64,000 nt of DNA from a virus (taxonomy: Duplodnaviria; Caudoviricetes), in IMG/VR virus record IMGVR_UViG_3300027804_000063, positions 1 through 64,000 of that record; one strand, written 5' to 3'. The notes under the pieces were generated by a model that made no database searches, had not been told where the DNA came from, and was given only the letters and a program-made list of their open reading frames with translations. The translations under genes were made by a program, and so were the position numbers. Shown here one piece after another: positions 9,652 to 17,646 of this stretch; position 1 is the stretch's first letter; every line of letters begins with the position of its first letter.

Positions 9652-10275
9652 ATGACAACAATCATCGGAATACAAGGAGACGGATACTGTCTCATAGCAG
9701 GAGACACACGAATAGCATCAGTAGACAGCAACGGTGTCGCCTACCAAATCAACACCCTCAAAACCGAAACCTCCAAAATAGCGGTAAACGGCAAATACCT
9801 GATCGGCACAGCAGGAGACCTCAGAGCCATCAACCTCCTCACCCACACCCTCAACCCACCCGTCTGCCCACCAAACCTCAAAGGCAAAAAACTAGACGAA
9901 TTCATCACCAACAAACTCATCCCCACCATCAAAGAAATGTTTGAAAAAAACGGTTACACCGTCAACGAACCAAACACCAACACAAACAAAGCCGAACACG
10001 ACTCAGAACTACTCGTAGCCATCAACCAAACCCTCTACCTCATAGACGGCGACTACTCATGGTTCACAGACCAAACAGGAATCTACGCCCTCGGCACAGG
10101 AGCAGCCTACGCACTCGGCGCCCTACACAACATGCCAACCCCCAAAAACCCTGCACAAGCCAAAAAACACGCCCTCAAAGCCCTAGCCACAGCATCCAAA
10201 TACGACCCAAACACAGGAAACCCATACCACACCCACATACAACAAACACAACAGAAAACAGATAAACCTAAATGA
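9652..10275 (+). CDS. proteasome-beta/HslV-like Ntn peptidase
   Basis: MTTIIG N-terminal Thr nucleophile, IAGDTR, SKI, GTAG, ALGTGAAYALG. Confidence 0.75.
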   Translation: MTTIIGIQGDGYCLIAGDTRIASVDSNGVAYQINTLKTETSKIAVNGKYLIGTAGDLRAINLLTHTLNPPVCPPNLKGKKLDEFITNKLIPTIKEMFEKNGYTVNEPNTNTNKAEHDSELLVAINQTLYLIDGDYSWFTDQTGIYALGTGAAYALGALHNMPTPKNPAQAKKHALKALATASKYDPNTGNPYHTHIQQTQQKTDKPK

Positions 10276-10586
10276 AACAACAACACCACAAACCCCAAGA
10301 CGATACACAAACAAAACGCTGGCAAACCCACGCAGCCTGCCGCGGAAAAACAAACCTCATGTTCCCCCAACACCACAAAGACATCACCTACATACTCCAA
10401 GCACGAGAAATATGCGCCCACTGCACCGTCAGACCACAATGCCTCAAAGAAGCCCTAGAATACCACCCAATAGACATGCACGGAGTCTGGGCAGGCTTAA
10501 CATCACGACAACTAGCCGCCGAACAAAAACGCCGAGGCATCAAACCAATCCGACCATCAATCAGCCAAATGTGGGATCTATCCTAA
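10272..10586 (+). CDS. whiB: WhiB-family Fe-S transcription factor
   Basis: C...C-x2-C-x5-C and GVWAG. Confidence 0.92.
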   Translation: MKQQHHKPQDDTQTKRWQTHAACRGKTNLMFPQHHKDITYILQAREICAHCTVRPQCLKEALEYHPIDMHGVWAGLTSRQLAAEQKRRGIKPIRPSISQMWDLS

Positions 10587-10877
10587 ACAAACCCCACACA
10601 CATCACAAAAAACAGAACCCAAAACCTCAACAGGCTTCTTACCACAAGACGGCAAACCACAAGGCTCCAACCTACGCTCACCCCGCAAATAAGCCACCAC
10701 CCCCGACAAAGGCTCAACAGGATCCGAAACCTCCAACAAAGCCCGACCCTCACTATCACGCAAACCATTCACCAACAACAAACCCACAAGTTTCTGAAAC
10801 GAAACACCCGAACCCTCAGCCAAATCCACCAAACCATTCTTCAACCACCCCGGCAAAGGAACAGTCACAAAAACCAT
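10578..10877 (-). CDS. RHH-like protein with C-terminal Zn ribbon
   Basis: ATG 10877; VTVPLPGWLKNGLVDLA then CxxxxC and CxxC; the longer track start lies in low-complexity sequence. Confidence 0.55.
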   Translation of the reverse strand: MVFVTVPLPGWLKNGLVDLAEGSGVSFQKLVGLLLVNGLRDSEGRALLEVSDPVEPLSGVVAYLRGERRLEPCGLPSCGKKPVEVLGSVFCDVCGVCLG

Positions 10878-10902
10878 ATCCCCATCCCGAGCACGCCTAG
10901 AC

Positions 10903-11088
10903 CTAAACCCCAACAGAACCACCCCAATCCCGAACCACCAACATCCCCAAATACTCACCAATAGACAAATCAAAAGCATCCGCCTGATCAACCATCAAAT
11001 TCTTGATGTCTGCGTCTATTTTTATGGTTAGGGTTGTTTTTGTGTTTGGTTGTGCGCGGTGTGGTGGGCGTCCGTGTCGTTTTTTCAT
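10903..11088 (-). CDS. ribbon-helix-helix DNA-binding protein
   Basis: GRPP hook, TLTIKIDADIKNLM...LSIGEYL. Confidence 0.7.
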   Translation of the reverse strand: MKKRHGRPPHRAQPNTKTTLTIKIDADIKNLMVDQADAFDLSIGEYLGMLVVRDWGGSVGV

Positions 11089-11202
11089 TTTGGTTTGTCT
11101 CCGGCTGGTGGGTGTTTGGCATTTTTTCGTGCGAGGTATAGTCCGAGGAGGATTCCGTGTGAGAGTCCGATGATGATGCCGTGTATGTATTGGGTCATTA
11201 TG

Positions 11203-11631
11203 TTATTGCTTTGTTATATGTTGGTTGTATGTTTGTTTGAAGTGGTCTCTGTCTGCGCCTGTGGTGAGGTTGAGTCCGACTATTCGTATTACTTGTTGTA
11301 GTTTAACTGGGATTTGGGTGTCGGGTTGTGCTGTTCCTGAGTTGACGGTGTCTCGTATGTGGCAGTACAGGTTCCATGCTTGTGTGGCGGTTGGTTCTGC
11401 GTCTGGTTGGGTTTGTTGCCATTCTTCGTGGATCATGCCGGGTGTGGGGAGGAAGCGTTCTGTTCTGTTTAGTTTAACTAGGATGAGTTCTAGTTGTTTG
11501 TATGGGCAGTCTTGGAGGACAAGATCCCATGCTGTGTAGATGGTTTGTTTTTGTTTGGGGTCGTTGGGGAGTTCTTTGTTCCACATAGAGTAGGCGAGGT
11601 TGACTAGTTCTGTGGATTGTTGTTGATCCAT
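11203..11631 (-). CDS. replicative helicase loader/inhibitor (G39P-like)
   Basis: W..VL.D.PY...FLPTPG...AWN pattern; directly downstream of the rep-like gene. Confidence 0.65.
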   Translation of the reverse strand: MDQQQSTELVNLAYSMWNKELPNDPKQKQTIYTAWDLVLQDCPYKQLELILVKLNRTERFLPTPGMIHEEWQQTQPDAEPTATQAWNLYCHIRDTVNSGTAQPDTQIPVKLQQVIRIVGLNLTTGADRDHFKQTYNQHITKQ

Positions 11632-12053
11632 TATTCGCCTGCTTTGCGTCGTGGGCTGTTGATGAAATCTTGTTGGGCGTCGCGTTTCTCTGATCGTTGG
11701 ATGAAGCCTTCTATTTTGTCGGCGTCTCGGAATATCAAATCTATACCGTTATATTTTTTTTGTTGCGGGTTGTCGCCCATATGGAATGGGGAGGATGCAC
11801 AGCCGTCTATGGCTTGGCAGGATGCTTCTATGCCGTAGTCGTGGATTGATGCGGCGATTTTGACTTTGCGTTCGTGGTCTAGGACGGCACGGGTGGAGCC
11901 CATTGTTTTAACCCAGTAGTCCCATACGATTTTGACTGCTTCGTCGGAAATTTCTTTGGCTTTGGCGTTGCGTTGTTTTGTGGAGATCCGTGGACGGGTT
12001 TGTTTAGGTTTATTTACGCCACCGTTCGGATTGGGAAACAGTTCTTCAACCAT
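11631..12053 (-). CDS. phage replication-initiator C-terminal-like protein
   Basis: VWDYW...AIDGC..SPFHMG.N...YN.IDLIFRD pattern; coupled to the loader-like gene. Confidence 0.55.
   Translation of the reverse strand: MVEELFPNPNGGVNKPKQTRPRISTKQRNAKAKEISDEAVKIVWDYWVKTMGSTRAVLDHERKVKIAASIHDYGIEASCQAIDGCASSPFHMGDNPQQKKYNGIDLIFRDADKIEGFIQRSEKRDAQQDFINSPRRKAGE
12010..12034 (-). repeat. CGCCACCGTT box copy 1 (inside rep-like gene)
   Basis: tattta-CGCCACCGTT-cggattgg. Confidence 0.85.
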
Positions 12054-12317
12054 CGCAGACACTTTACATCCTTTTACTGAAAAGGTCAACATTGGAATCT
12101 ATAAATATCTGGTCCGGCCGGACCGGACGTTGTGGCAGTAATCATCTGTGGTAGCCACGTTGATTTAACTAAAGAGGAAAAACCACTAGTGGGTTTAAAA
12201 CTTTGGAGAGTGTGAGAACCTTTACCAAATCTTTTTTGGCGGACGCGCAGCCGAAACAAGATCCGCGATTTTGGGTAGTCGCAGATTAAGATTTGATTAT
12301 TGATCGCGCGCGAAAGG

Positions 12318-12342
12318 TTGTATACGCCACCGTTGCAGTTGG
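12318..12342 (-). repeat. CGCCACCGTT box copy 2
   Basis: tgtata-CGCCACCGTT-gcagttgg. Confidence 0.85.
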
Positions 12343-12606
12343 GTCACGAACTGCTTTATTGCGCTTACTATTTCATTCGGCGCAGTCCCGATGTGGTTGT
12401 ACAAGATAGCAGACGATCAGTCCCGCTACACGCACATTTAAAAGAAAAACCACTAGTAACGTTATATATCGTTATGTTGTGGTTTTTGTTGGTGTGCGGG
12501 GCTCCCGACCACAATATGTGGGGTAACGCTTATTGGGGGGCGGGACTTGCTAACCTTCCTTGTATCGGCGGGGCTTTGAAGACCCCCATCTAAAAAACTC
12601 GTCGTT

Positions 12607-12665
12607 GTAGTGGAGCGGGACTACGAACCCTTCTGTCGGGTTGGGTGTCGTAGCCCGCTCACTAC
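12607..12665. other. long bulged hairpin
   Basis: GTAGTGGAGCGGGACTACGA pairs with TCGTAGCCCGCTCACTAC with two extrahelical bases. Confidence 0.65.
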
Positions 12666-12728
12666 TTAACCAACTTCAACACAGGTTTTCTGTAGGTCGG
12701 ATGGTTACGCATTGAGCGTGACAGATCA

Positions 12729-12753
12729 TTGTTTCCGCCACCGTTCAGTTTGG
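12729..12753 (-). repeat. CGCCACCGTT box copy 3
   Basis: tgtttc-CGCCACCGTT-cagtttgg. Confidence 0.85.
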
Positions 12754-12770
12754 ATAACTTCGGTTTGGTT

Positions 12771-13115
12771 TTAGAACGGTTCTTCTGTGCCATCTTCATC
12801 ATCTTCTAGTTGATCTATCTTCTGTTGCCATTCCATCAAAATGTAAAACGCATCTGATCGTCGTTTAATTGCGTTACTGGTCATTATCGGCCAGTCTTTG
12901 ATTGGTGTTGCGAAACCTTCAAAGTGTTCTTGCATCCCTTCTTCAGTTCCACAGTCTGAACAGATCTCTATCGGTTTAGAGTGCTTGTCTCGTGTGAGAC
13001 GCGATATTGCGCCCATGTATTGTTTGTGATGTTCGTTGGAGGGAATTAGCCCTTCACATCGTGGGCATACACCCATGTCTATTTGTTTTGAATGGATCTT
13101 GTTAAACGGTTTCAT
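12771..13115 (-). CDS. Zn-finger hypothetical protein
   Basis: CPRC...ALSR-like...ICSDCG. Confidence 0.65.
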   Translation of the reverse strand: MKPFNKIHSKQIDMGVCPRCEGLIPSNEHHKQYMGAISRLTRDKHSKPIEICSDCGTEEGMQEHFEGFATPIKDWPIMTSNAIKRRSDAFYILMEWQQKIDQLEDDEDGTEEPF

Positions 13116-13260
13116 TATGTGTTCTTTCTTCTAGTGGTATATGTGGAGATTTTCTGTTTTCCCATCCGCAGATTTCTTCAAACCATTCATCCATCCATGA
13201 TGTGCGGGATGAATAGTTTACTTCTGTTATTGCCCACCCGCAGTATTTACAAGTTTTCAT
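13102..13260 (-). CDS. small Cys-containing hypothetical protein (52 aa)
   Basis: MKTCKYCG; ATG immediately after the repeat box at 13269. Confidence 0.55.
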   Translation of the reverse strand: MKTCKYCGWAITEVNYSSRTSWMDEWFEEICGWENRKSPHIPLEERTHNETV

Positions 13261-13261
13261 T

Positions 13262-13286
13262 TTATATACGCCACCGTTCAGTTTGG
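13262..13286 (-). repeat. CGCCACCGTT box copy 4 (spans a stop-start junction)
   Basis: ttatata-CGCCACCGTT-cagtttgg. Confidence 0.9.
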
Positions 13287-13469
13287 AATAGGGGTTTGTT
13301 TGAATGTCAGGTATCCGCCGTCGCAATCTGATGCGATTCCTGTTACCCAACATTCTTGTTCGTCGCCGACGATTGCGCGGATCTTCTGTATCGCGTTTGT
13401 CATTGCGTCGGTGTCGTATTCGCCGTCTACATCTGTTGTGACCATGACGGTGACTCTGTAGGTGGACAT
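13278..13469 (-). CDS. hypothetical protein
   Basis: co-oriented small ORF; its TGA lies inside the repeat box. Confidence 0.6.
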   Translation of the reverse strand: MSTYRVTVMVTTDVDGEYDTDAMTNAIQKIRAIVGDEQECWVTGIASDCDGGYLTFKQTPIPN

Positions 13470-13792
13470 TATTGGTTGTTCTCCAAATACTGTTCAACCG
13501 CTTTCAGACCTTTGTTGAGGAGAAGGGAGATTGGGAGGAACGCTGATGCGTGCTTCCCGTAGGTGTCACCGTTCTTCTCAATAGACTCTGCGATCAGTCG
13601 CTCTATGATGTCTTCGTTGAACGCGACACAAATGCTGTTATCGCCAATCCCATACACCAATGGTTCAAGTTCGTCCCTCTGAGGGAATACTTCTGGTGGT
13701 GCTGTCAAGAATGTGACGGTAGTTCCGTCTTCGTGTTGCATACGGATAAGAACATCTTTGTTGTCGTCGTCTGTAAACTCTGTGAAGTCCAT
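13469..13792 (-). CDS. hypothetical protein
   Basis: ORF coupled to neighbour by TAATG. Confidence 0.65.
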   Translation of the reverse strand: MDFTEFTDDDNKDVLIRMQHEDGTTVTFLTAPPEVFPQRDELEPLVYGIGDNSICVAFNEDIIERLIAESIEKNGDTYGKHASAFLPISLLLNKGLKAVEQYLENNQ

Positions 13793-13810
13793 TTTGTTTT
13801 CTTTCTGATG

Positions 13811-13835
13811 GCATATACGCCACCGTTCGGTTTGG
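13811..13835 (-). repeat. CGCCACCGTT box copy 5
   Basis: gcatata-CGCCACCGTT-cggtttgg. Confidence 0.9.
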
Positions 13836-13850
13836 ATAAAGCCACTTCGT

Positions 13851-14375
13851 TTAGAAGTGGTAGTCCACGATCACAATCCACTGCTTGTCAGGATTGGTTT
13901 CTGCTCGTTTGTGAACCCACTCAGGGTTGGGTGTGTATTCCACTGTGTCGTAGAACATGGTGTCTGAGTCGTATTCCCTGTTGAGGACTTTCAACGCTCG
14001 TGTGATCTTGAAGACCGCGAGACTTTCCTTCAGGTATGTGTCACGCTGTTCTTCTGTGAGTCCACCTAAAGGTTGGTTGAAACTTCCGAAAGTGTATTTC
14101 GGGTTGGTGAGGATTTCGCTCAACGGAATATCTCCGTAAAGTTCAACCGCTTTCGTGATCGTTTCTTGTGTCCATCCGCACGCAACCGTTATGAGTTCGT
14201 TGAATGCTTCAGGGTTGTCTTTGTAGTTTGTTGCGATCTTGCCGTCTTGCATACGCGAGTCGTCAGGGATTGAACACCAATCAGACCATCCTTGCGCTTC
14301 CGCAAAATCAAGTGCTATGTGCTTTGCGTCGTCTTCGTTGTCTGCTTCTACTGCTAGTCGGTGATATGTGTGCAT
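13851..14375 (-). CDS. hypothetical protein
   Basis: 174 aa ORF in the leftward operon. Confidence 0.7.
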   Translation of the reverse strand: MHTYHRLAVEADNEDDAKHIALDFAEAQGWSDWCSIPDDSRMQDGKIATNYKDNPEAFNELITVACGWTQETITKAVELYGDIPLSEILTNPKYTFGSFNQPLGGLTEEQRDTYLKESLAVFKITRALKVLNREYDSDTMFYDTVEYTPNPEWVHKRAETNPDKQWIVIVDYHF

Positions 14376-14638
14376 TATTTGTTCTCCTTACTGAGATAAA
14401 CGCGGTGTAGTGCTTCTTCCACGATTTCGTGGAGTTGTTCCCAAATGCCGTCCATGCCCTTGAAACTCATTGCTTCAAGTGCTTTCGCCCAATCTTCATC
14501 AGAGATGAGATATGGTTCTTCGCTCTCAAACATTGGTTCAGGTCGCTCAAAGTCTTCTTTGGTGAGAAACAACCCAAAGATGTCTTGATCGGGAAGTGTG
14601 TGTTCTTGTAGTTTGTTGCTGAAGTCGCGCGCTTTCAT
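14375..14638 (-). CDS. hypothetical protein
   Basis: TAATG overlaps at both ends. Confidence 0.65.
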   Translation of the reverse strand: MKARDFSNKLQEHTLPDQDIFGLFLTKEDFERPEPMFESEEPYLISDEDWAKALEAMSFKGMDGIWEQLHEIVEEALHRVYLSKENK

Positions 14639-15072
14639 TAGATTGTCCTCCCCATGATGTCGCTTGCGTAGTTACGGATACCCGAAACAAGTTCCTCGCT
14701 GTAAACATTCCACAAATAGTCAGATGACAAAATGTATTGCCCCAACTCGTTCAGTTGGTCGTCTGTGAGTTCTTTTGCGAACTGATATTCTTCGCTCCTG
14801 TAACCGCTATCAAGACGATCGTTGATTTCGTCACGCAACGCCTTCACGCTGAACGCGATTGAGTTCGCATAGGTGAGATCGTTGTCGGTGTATCGGTCTA
14901 AGTCCACGCCGTATTTCTCTCCGAGTTCACACGCGGTGCTGTCGTTGCCACCGTTGTTCCACTCCTCTAAGAGTGCTTTGCCTGCGTCGTCTAGGGTTTC
15001 GGTGTCTACGATCACCGTTCCTGCGAGGTCACAAACAGTGCCGTCGTGGGTGTTGATAAGAAACTTACCCAT
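14638..15072 (-). CDS. hypothetical acidic protein
   Basis: GGAG RBS and sigma-A-type promoter upstream. Confidence 0.7.
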   Translation of the reverse strand: MGKFLINTHDGTVCDLAGTVIVDTETLDDAGKALLEEWNNGGNDSTACELGEKYGVDLDRYTDNDLTYANSIAFSVKALRDEINDRLDSGYRSEEYQFAKELTDDQLNELGQYILSSDYLWNVYSEELVSGIRNYASDIMGRTI

Positions 15073-15104
15073 ATTTTGTTACTCCATTTCTAGTAGGTGT
15101 ATTT

Positions 15105-15133
15105 ATTGTAGCGGTTACAAAAATGTTTTGCAA
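15105..15133 (-). promoter_or_regulatory. sigma-A-type promoter
   Basis: TTGCAA-N17-TACAAT. Confidence 0.65.
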
Positions 15134-15151
15134 CCTAAAGCGGTTGGGTTT

Positions 15152-15508
15152 TTACACCCGAACCGCCCTACTAAGGATTTCTGCCTCAATCTCTTTTACA
15201 GGACGAGGACTCCAATGACAATCACGCTCAACCATAGGGATCGTGCCACCGAACCCACAGACTTGCTCTAGTTCTGAATACGAGAAGTATCCATACTCCA
15301 TCTCAAAACCGTCCACGAGACCCCAAAAGGTGTCCTCGCCGTCAAACTCAACCGCATACCAAGTCCATTGGGAATACGGTGAGAAGAACTTGACCATTGC
15401 GATCGCTTCCTTCTCAGGGTGCTTCTCGCTGTTGTAAAGAGGAGGGAGTTTTTCCCTAATCTCTTGTGTCAAGAGTAGGTGCTTCCGTTTTGCTCTTTGT
15501 GTTTCCAT
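15152..15508 (-). CDS. DUF2958-like protein
   Basis: KFFSPYSQWTWYAVE...FWGLVDGFEMEYGYFSYSEL...ERD. Confidence 0.8.
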   Translation of the reverse strand: METQRAKRKHLLLTQEIREKLPPLYNSEKHPEKEAIAMVKFFSPYSQWTWYAVEFDGEDTFWGLVDGFEMEYGYFSYSELEQVCGFGGTIPMVERDCHWSPRPVKEIEAEILSRAVRV

Positions 15509-15660
15509 CAGTTGATCTCCTTGTAGTCGCCGTTCCTGAGTTCCCTCAGGTTCGTGTAAATGATTACTTGTCCCTCGTTATCAACATCCATGTCACAAGT
15601 TGGGATAAGTTTTTCCAACTGCTTACGGAGTTTGTTCCCGTCAATCGTTTTCGTTTTCAT
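15508..15660 (-). CDS. hypothetical protein (50 aa)
   Basis: ATG 15660 coupled by TAATG; MKTKTIDGNKL. Confidence 0.55.
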   Translation of the reverse strand: MKTKTIDGNKLRKQLEKLIPTCDMDVDNEGQVIIYTNLRELRNGDYKEIN

Positions 15661-15767
15661 TATTTTTGCTCCTCGCAATCGTGACCATACCAATAGTCGT
15701 TTGCTTCATCCTCGTCACGCATATCAAATACGCGATCACATTCCTGACACTTCGCAACGGTTTTCAT
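15660..15767 (-). CDS. micro-protein (35 aa, CxxC...HxC)
   Basis: MKTVAKCQECDRVF...GHDCEEQK; TAATG overlaps both sides; not in ORF track. Confidence 0.55.
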   Translation of the reverse strand: MKTVAKCQECDRVFDMRDEDEANDYWYGHDCEEQK

Positions 15768-16102
15768 TACGCCGTCTCAATCGTGTCTGTGTTTTGTTCA
15801 ACGATCATTGCCCAAGTGGTCGCCCACCCTGCAACATCACGCAACCCAACGATCTCGCCTTCGGGTTCACGCTCTAACACATGAAGAAGTGTCGCCATGC
15901 GTGCGGTTGCGACAGAAAGAAGATCAAACTCCTCTTCCCACACATTCGCAACATAGTCGCCCCAAATCAACACAAACTTGTTGAAGTATTCGTCGTCGCG
16001 ATCGGTTGTGACCACATAGACCTCCGCCGAGTCTGCTTGTAACTCAAACAGGATGTCCCCGAGTGGATACTTTTCAATGATCCCTTGCTTTAGTAATGAC
16101 AT
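15767..16102 (-). CDS. hypothetical protein
   Basis: ATG 16102 after AAGGAG leader; the longer track start crosses a promoter. Confidence 0.65.
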   Translation of the reverse strand: MSLLKQGIIEKYPLGDILFELQADSAEVYVVTTDRDDEYFNKFVLIWGDYVANVWEEEFDLLSVATARMATLLHVLEREPEGEIVGLRDVAGWATTWAMIVEQNTDTIETA

Positions 16103-16152
16103 TCTTTTCTCCTTGTTTAGTAGTTCTAGTTTCGGGTTTCCCCTCACCCATA

Positions 16153-16173
16153 AGAATAGGTGAGGGGTGTAAC
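16153..16173 (-). promoter_or_regulatory. ACACC-box promoter P1
   Basis: GTTACACCC-N6-TATTCT. Confidence 0.75.
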
Positions 16174-16178
16174 ACGGT

Positions 16179-16535
16179 TTAGATGTCTTCGTCTTCTTGA
16201 TCTTCGTCGTCTTCGTAGTCTTCCCAATCCGCGCCTTGTGGGATGAGATTTGTGAAACCGTCGTTCGGGTTTTCTTCGTTGGTTTCAACCGCGTGAACGA
16301 AACGCAAACTGCACGACTCGTTATACCACTTGACGATCATGTCATACATTTCTTGCGGTGTTCCCGTGAAGTTGCGATCATCACAACTCACGCCGTTGTA
16401 GTTATCACGAAACCATTGCGCCTGACCTTCGTCCATTGCGACATAGATTTTGTGACAACCATCAAACGCGATCAGTTTCGCGGTTTCGGTTGCCTGTCTG
16501 ACATCCTCAAACAGTTCGGTGAGTGTTGCATTCAT
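16179..16535 (-). CDS. hypothetical protein
   Basis: AAGGAG RBS; FDGCHKIY; acidic tail. Confidence 0.7.
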   Translation of the reverse strand: MNATLTELFEDVRQATETAKLIAFDGCHKIYVAMDEGQAQWFRDNYNGVSCDDRNFTGTPQEMYDMIVKWYNESCSLRFVHAVETNEENPNDGFTNLIPQGADWEDYEDDEDQEDEDI

Positions 16536-16586
16536 TTTCTGCTCCTTTGTTTAGTAGGTTTATTCGGGTGTTTGCCCTTCCCCCAT

Positions 16587-16607
16587 ATTGTAGGGGAAGG
16601 GTGTAAC
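16587..16607 (-). promoter_or_regulatory. ACACC-box promoter P2
   Basis: GTTACACCC-N6-TACAAT. Confidence 0.75.
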
Positions 16608-16615
16608 ACGGTTAT

Positions 16616-17251
16616 TTAGACGGACACTTCCTCGTCTTCCAACATTGCTTTGCATTGCGCTTCAATGCCGTCAAGGACATTCGTGACACGCTCATATTGT
16701 GCGTCATAATCGTCTGCCTCAATCTCTGCGTCGCTCATTGACGGATATTCGCCCTCAATGTCTGCCACGACCACACCGTTGCGGATCGCCACACCACCTA
16801 AGAACGCCATACCGCCCTCCTCGTAAGAGAGAACAAAGTCAAGTGTTGGGAACTGTTTGGACACATTGCGTATGCCCTCACAAATCGGAGACCATGCGGT
16901 CATGAAAGTCATGTTCAGTTCGGTATCTGCGATCTGTCCGAACACACCGTCAAAGTCTGCCCACTTAGAACCGTAGTTCTTGCAGTTCCACTCATACCAA
17001 TCGGGTGCGCCGAACTTTTCCATGTTCTTCTTGTTCATTGCTTCCATCTTGAGTTGCTTTTCTGAACCCTCACCATAGAAACCTTTTGGTGTTGCTGTCA
17101 GTTCCTCAGGTGTCGGGAACAAGTTGTCAAGAATACTGAACTGATTGTATTCCTTGCGTTCGTCCTCGTTCTTGATGATCGCTTCGTGGAAACGCTTGAT
17201 CTCAGTCGCCTCCCCTGAAACGGTCAGGTTGTTAGTGCAATAGTTTGGCAT
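16616..17251 (-). CDS. DUF1281/YubB ferredoxin-like-fold protein
   Basis: MPNYCTN...WYEWNCKNYGSKW...FMTAWSP...YEE.G. Confidence 0.8.
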   Translation of the reverse strand: MPNYCTNNLTVSGEATEIKRFHEAIIKNEDERKEYNQFSILDNLFPTPEELTATPKGFYGEGSEKQLKMEAMNKKNMEKFGAPDWYEWNCKNYGSKWADFDGVFGQIADTELNMTFMTAWSPICEGIRNVSKQFPTLDFVLSYEEGGMAFLGGVAIRNGVVVADIEGEYPSMSDAEIEADDYDAQYERVTNVLDGIEAQCKAMLEDEEVSV

Positions 17252-17292
17252 TACTTCTCCTTGTTTAGTTAGGTTTATTTGCTTGCCCCAAC

Positions 17293-17313
17293 ATTATGCA
17301 TGATGGGTGTAAC
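17293..17313 (-). promoter_or_regulatory. ACACC-box promoter P3
   Basis: GTTACACCC-N6-CATAAT. Confidence 0.65.
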
Positions 17314-17351
17314 ACAGTTATTTTTTAGTAGGTATTTTTTATTACTCTCAC

Positions 17352-17380
17352 ATTATATATCCGACAAAAACAAAAAGCAA
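17352..17380 (-). promoter_or_regulatory. sigma-A-type promoter
   Basis: TTGCTT-N17-TATAAT. Confidence 0.7.
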
Positions 17381-17478
17381 CTATTCCCCAAAACTATTTA
17401 GACCTAAATACGGAGCGATATTTAGAGCGAAATCTAGAGCGATCACTCAGCCCGACCAAATGCGATCCGTATTCAGGT

Positions 17479-17503
17479 TTATATGCGCCACCGTTCAGGT
17501 TAG
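17479..17503 (-). repeat. CGCCACCGTT box copy 6
   Basis: ttatatg-CGCCACCGTT-caggttag. Confidence 0.9.
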
Positions 17504-17574
17504 ATGCGAACAACCAACCATTGCTAACTAACAATCGTTGCAAACTAGTCCCGCATCAACAAAGCCCACCCCAC

Positions 17575-17605
17575 AGCCCCGCCCCCCGCCGCAAGGCGCG
17601 GGACT
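17575..17605. repeat. AGYCCCG dyad 1
   Basis: AGCCCCGC-N15-GCGGGACT. Confidence 0.8.
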
Positions 17606-17610
17606 AATGC

Positions 17611-17639
17611 TTGCGAACGGCTGTTCGCCCTACTACTAT
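17611..17639 (+). promoter_or_regulatory. sigma-A-type leaderless promoter of the HA-HTH gene
   Basis: TTGCGA-N17-TACTAT-N7-ATG. Confidence 0.65.
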
Positions 17640-17646
17640 CGGGGCT

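Noticed and set aside
10412-10991. Long ORFs 10412-10900 (+) and the extended N-terminus of 10578-10991 (-)
   Set aside because: Low-complexity P/T/H/K or V/G/L/W sequence produced by the skew; a T-poor strand has few stop codons.
12300-12593. 97-aa + strand ORF
   Set aside because: No RBS or motif, and it overlies a dense cluster of repeat sites.
14945-14956. GCCACCGTT inside gene 14638-15072
   Set aside because: A 9/10 match lacking both conserved flanks and explained by the codons for NNGGND.
17476-17495. TATATGCGCCACC resembles the E. coli rrnB P1 -10/discriminator, so the boxes could be + strand promoters
   Set aside because: There is no TANNNT in register and no consistent -35. Kept only as a minor alternative pending TSS data.
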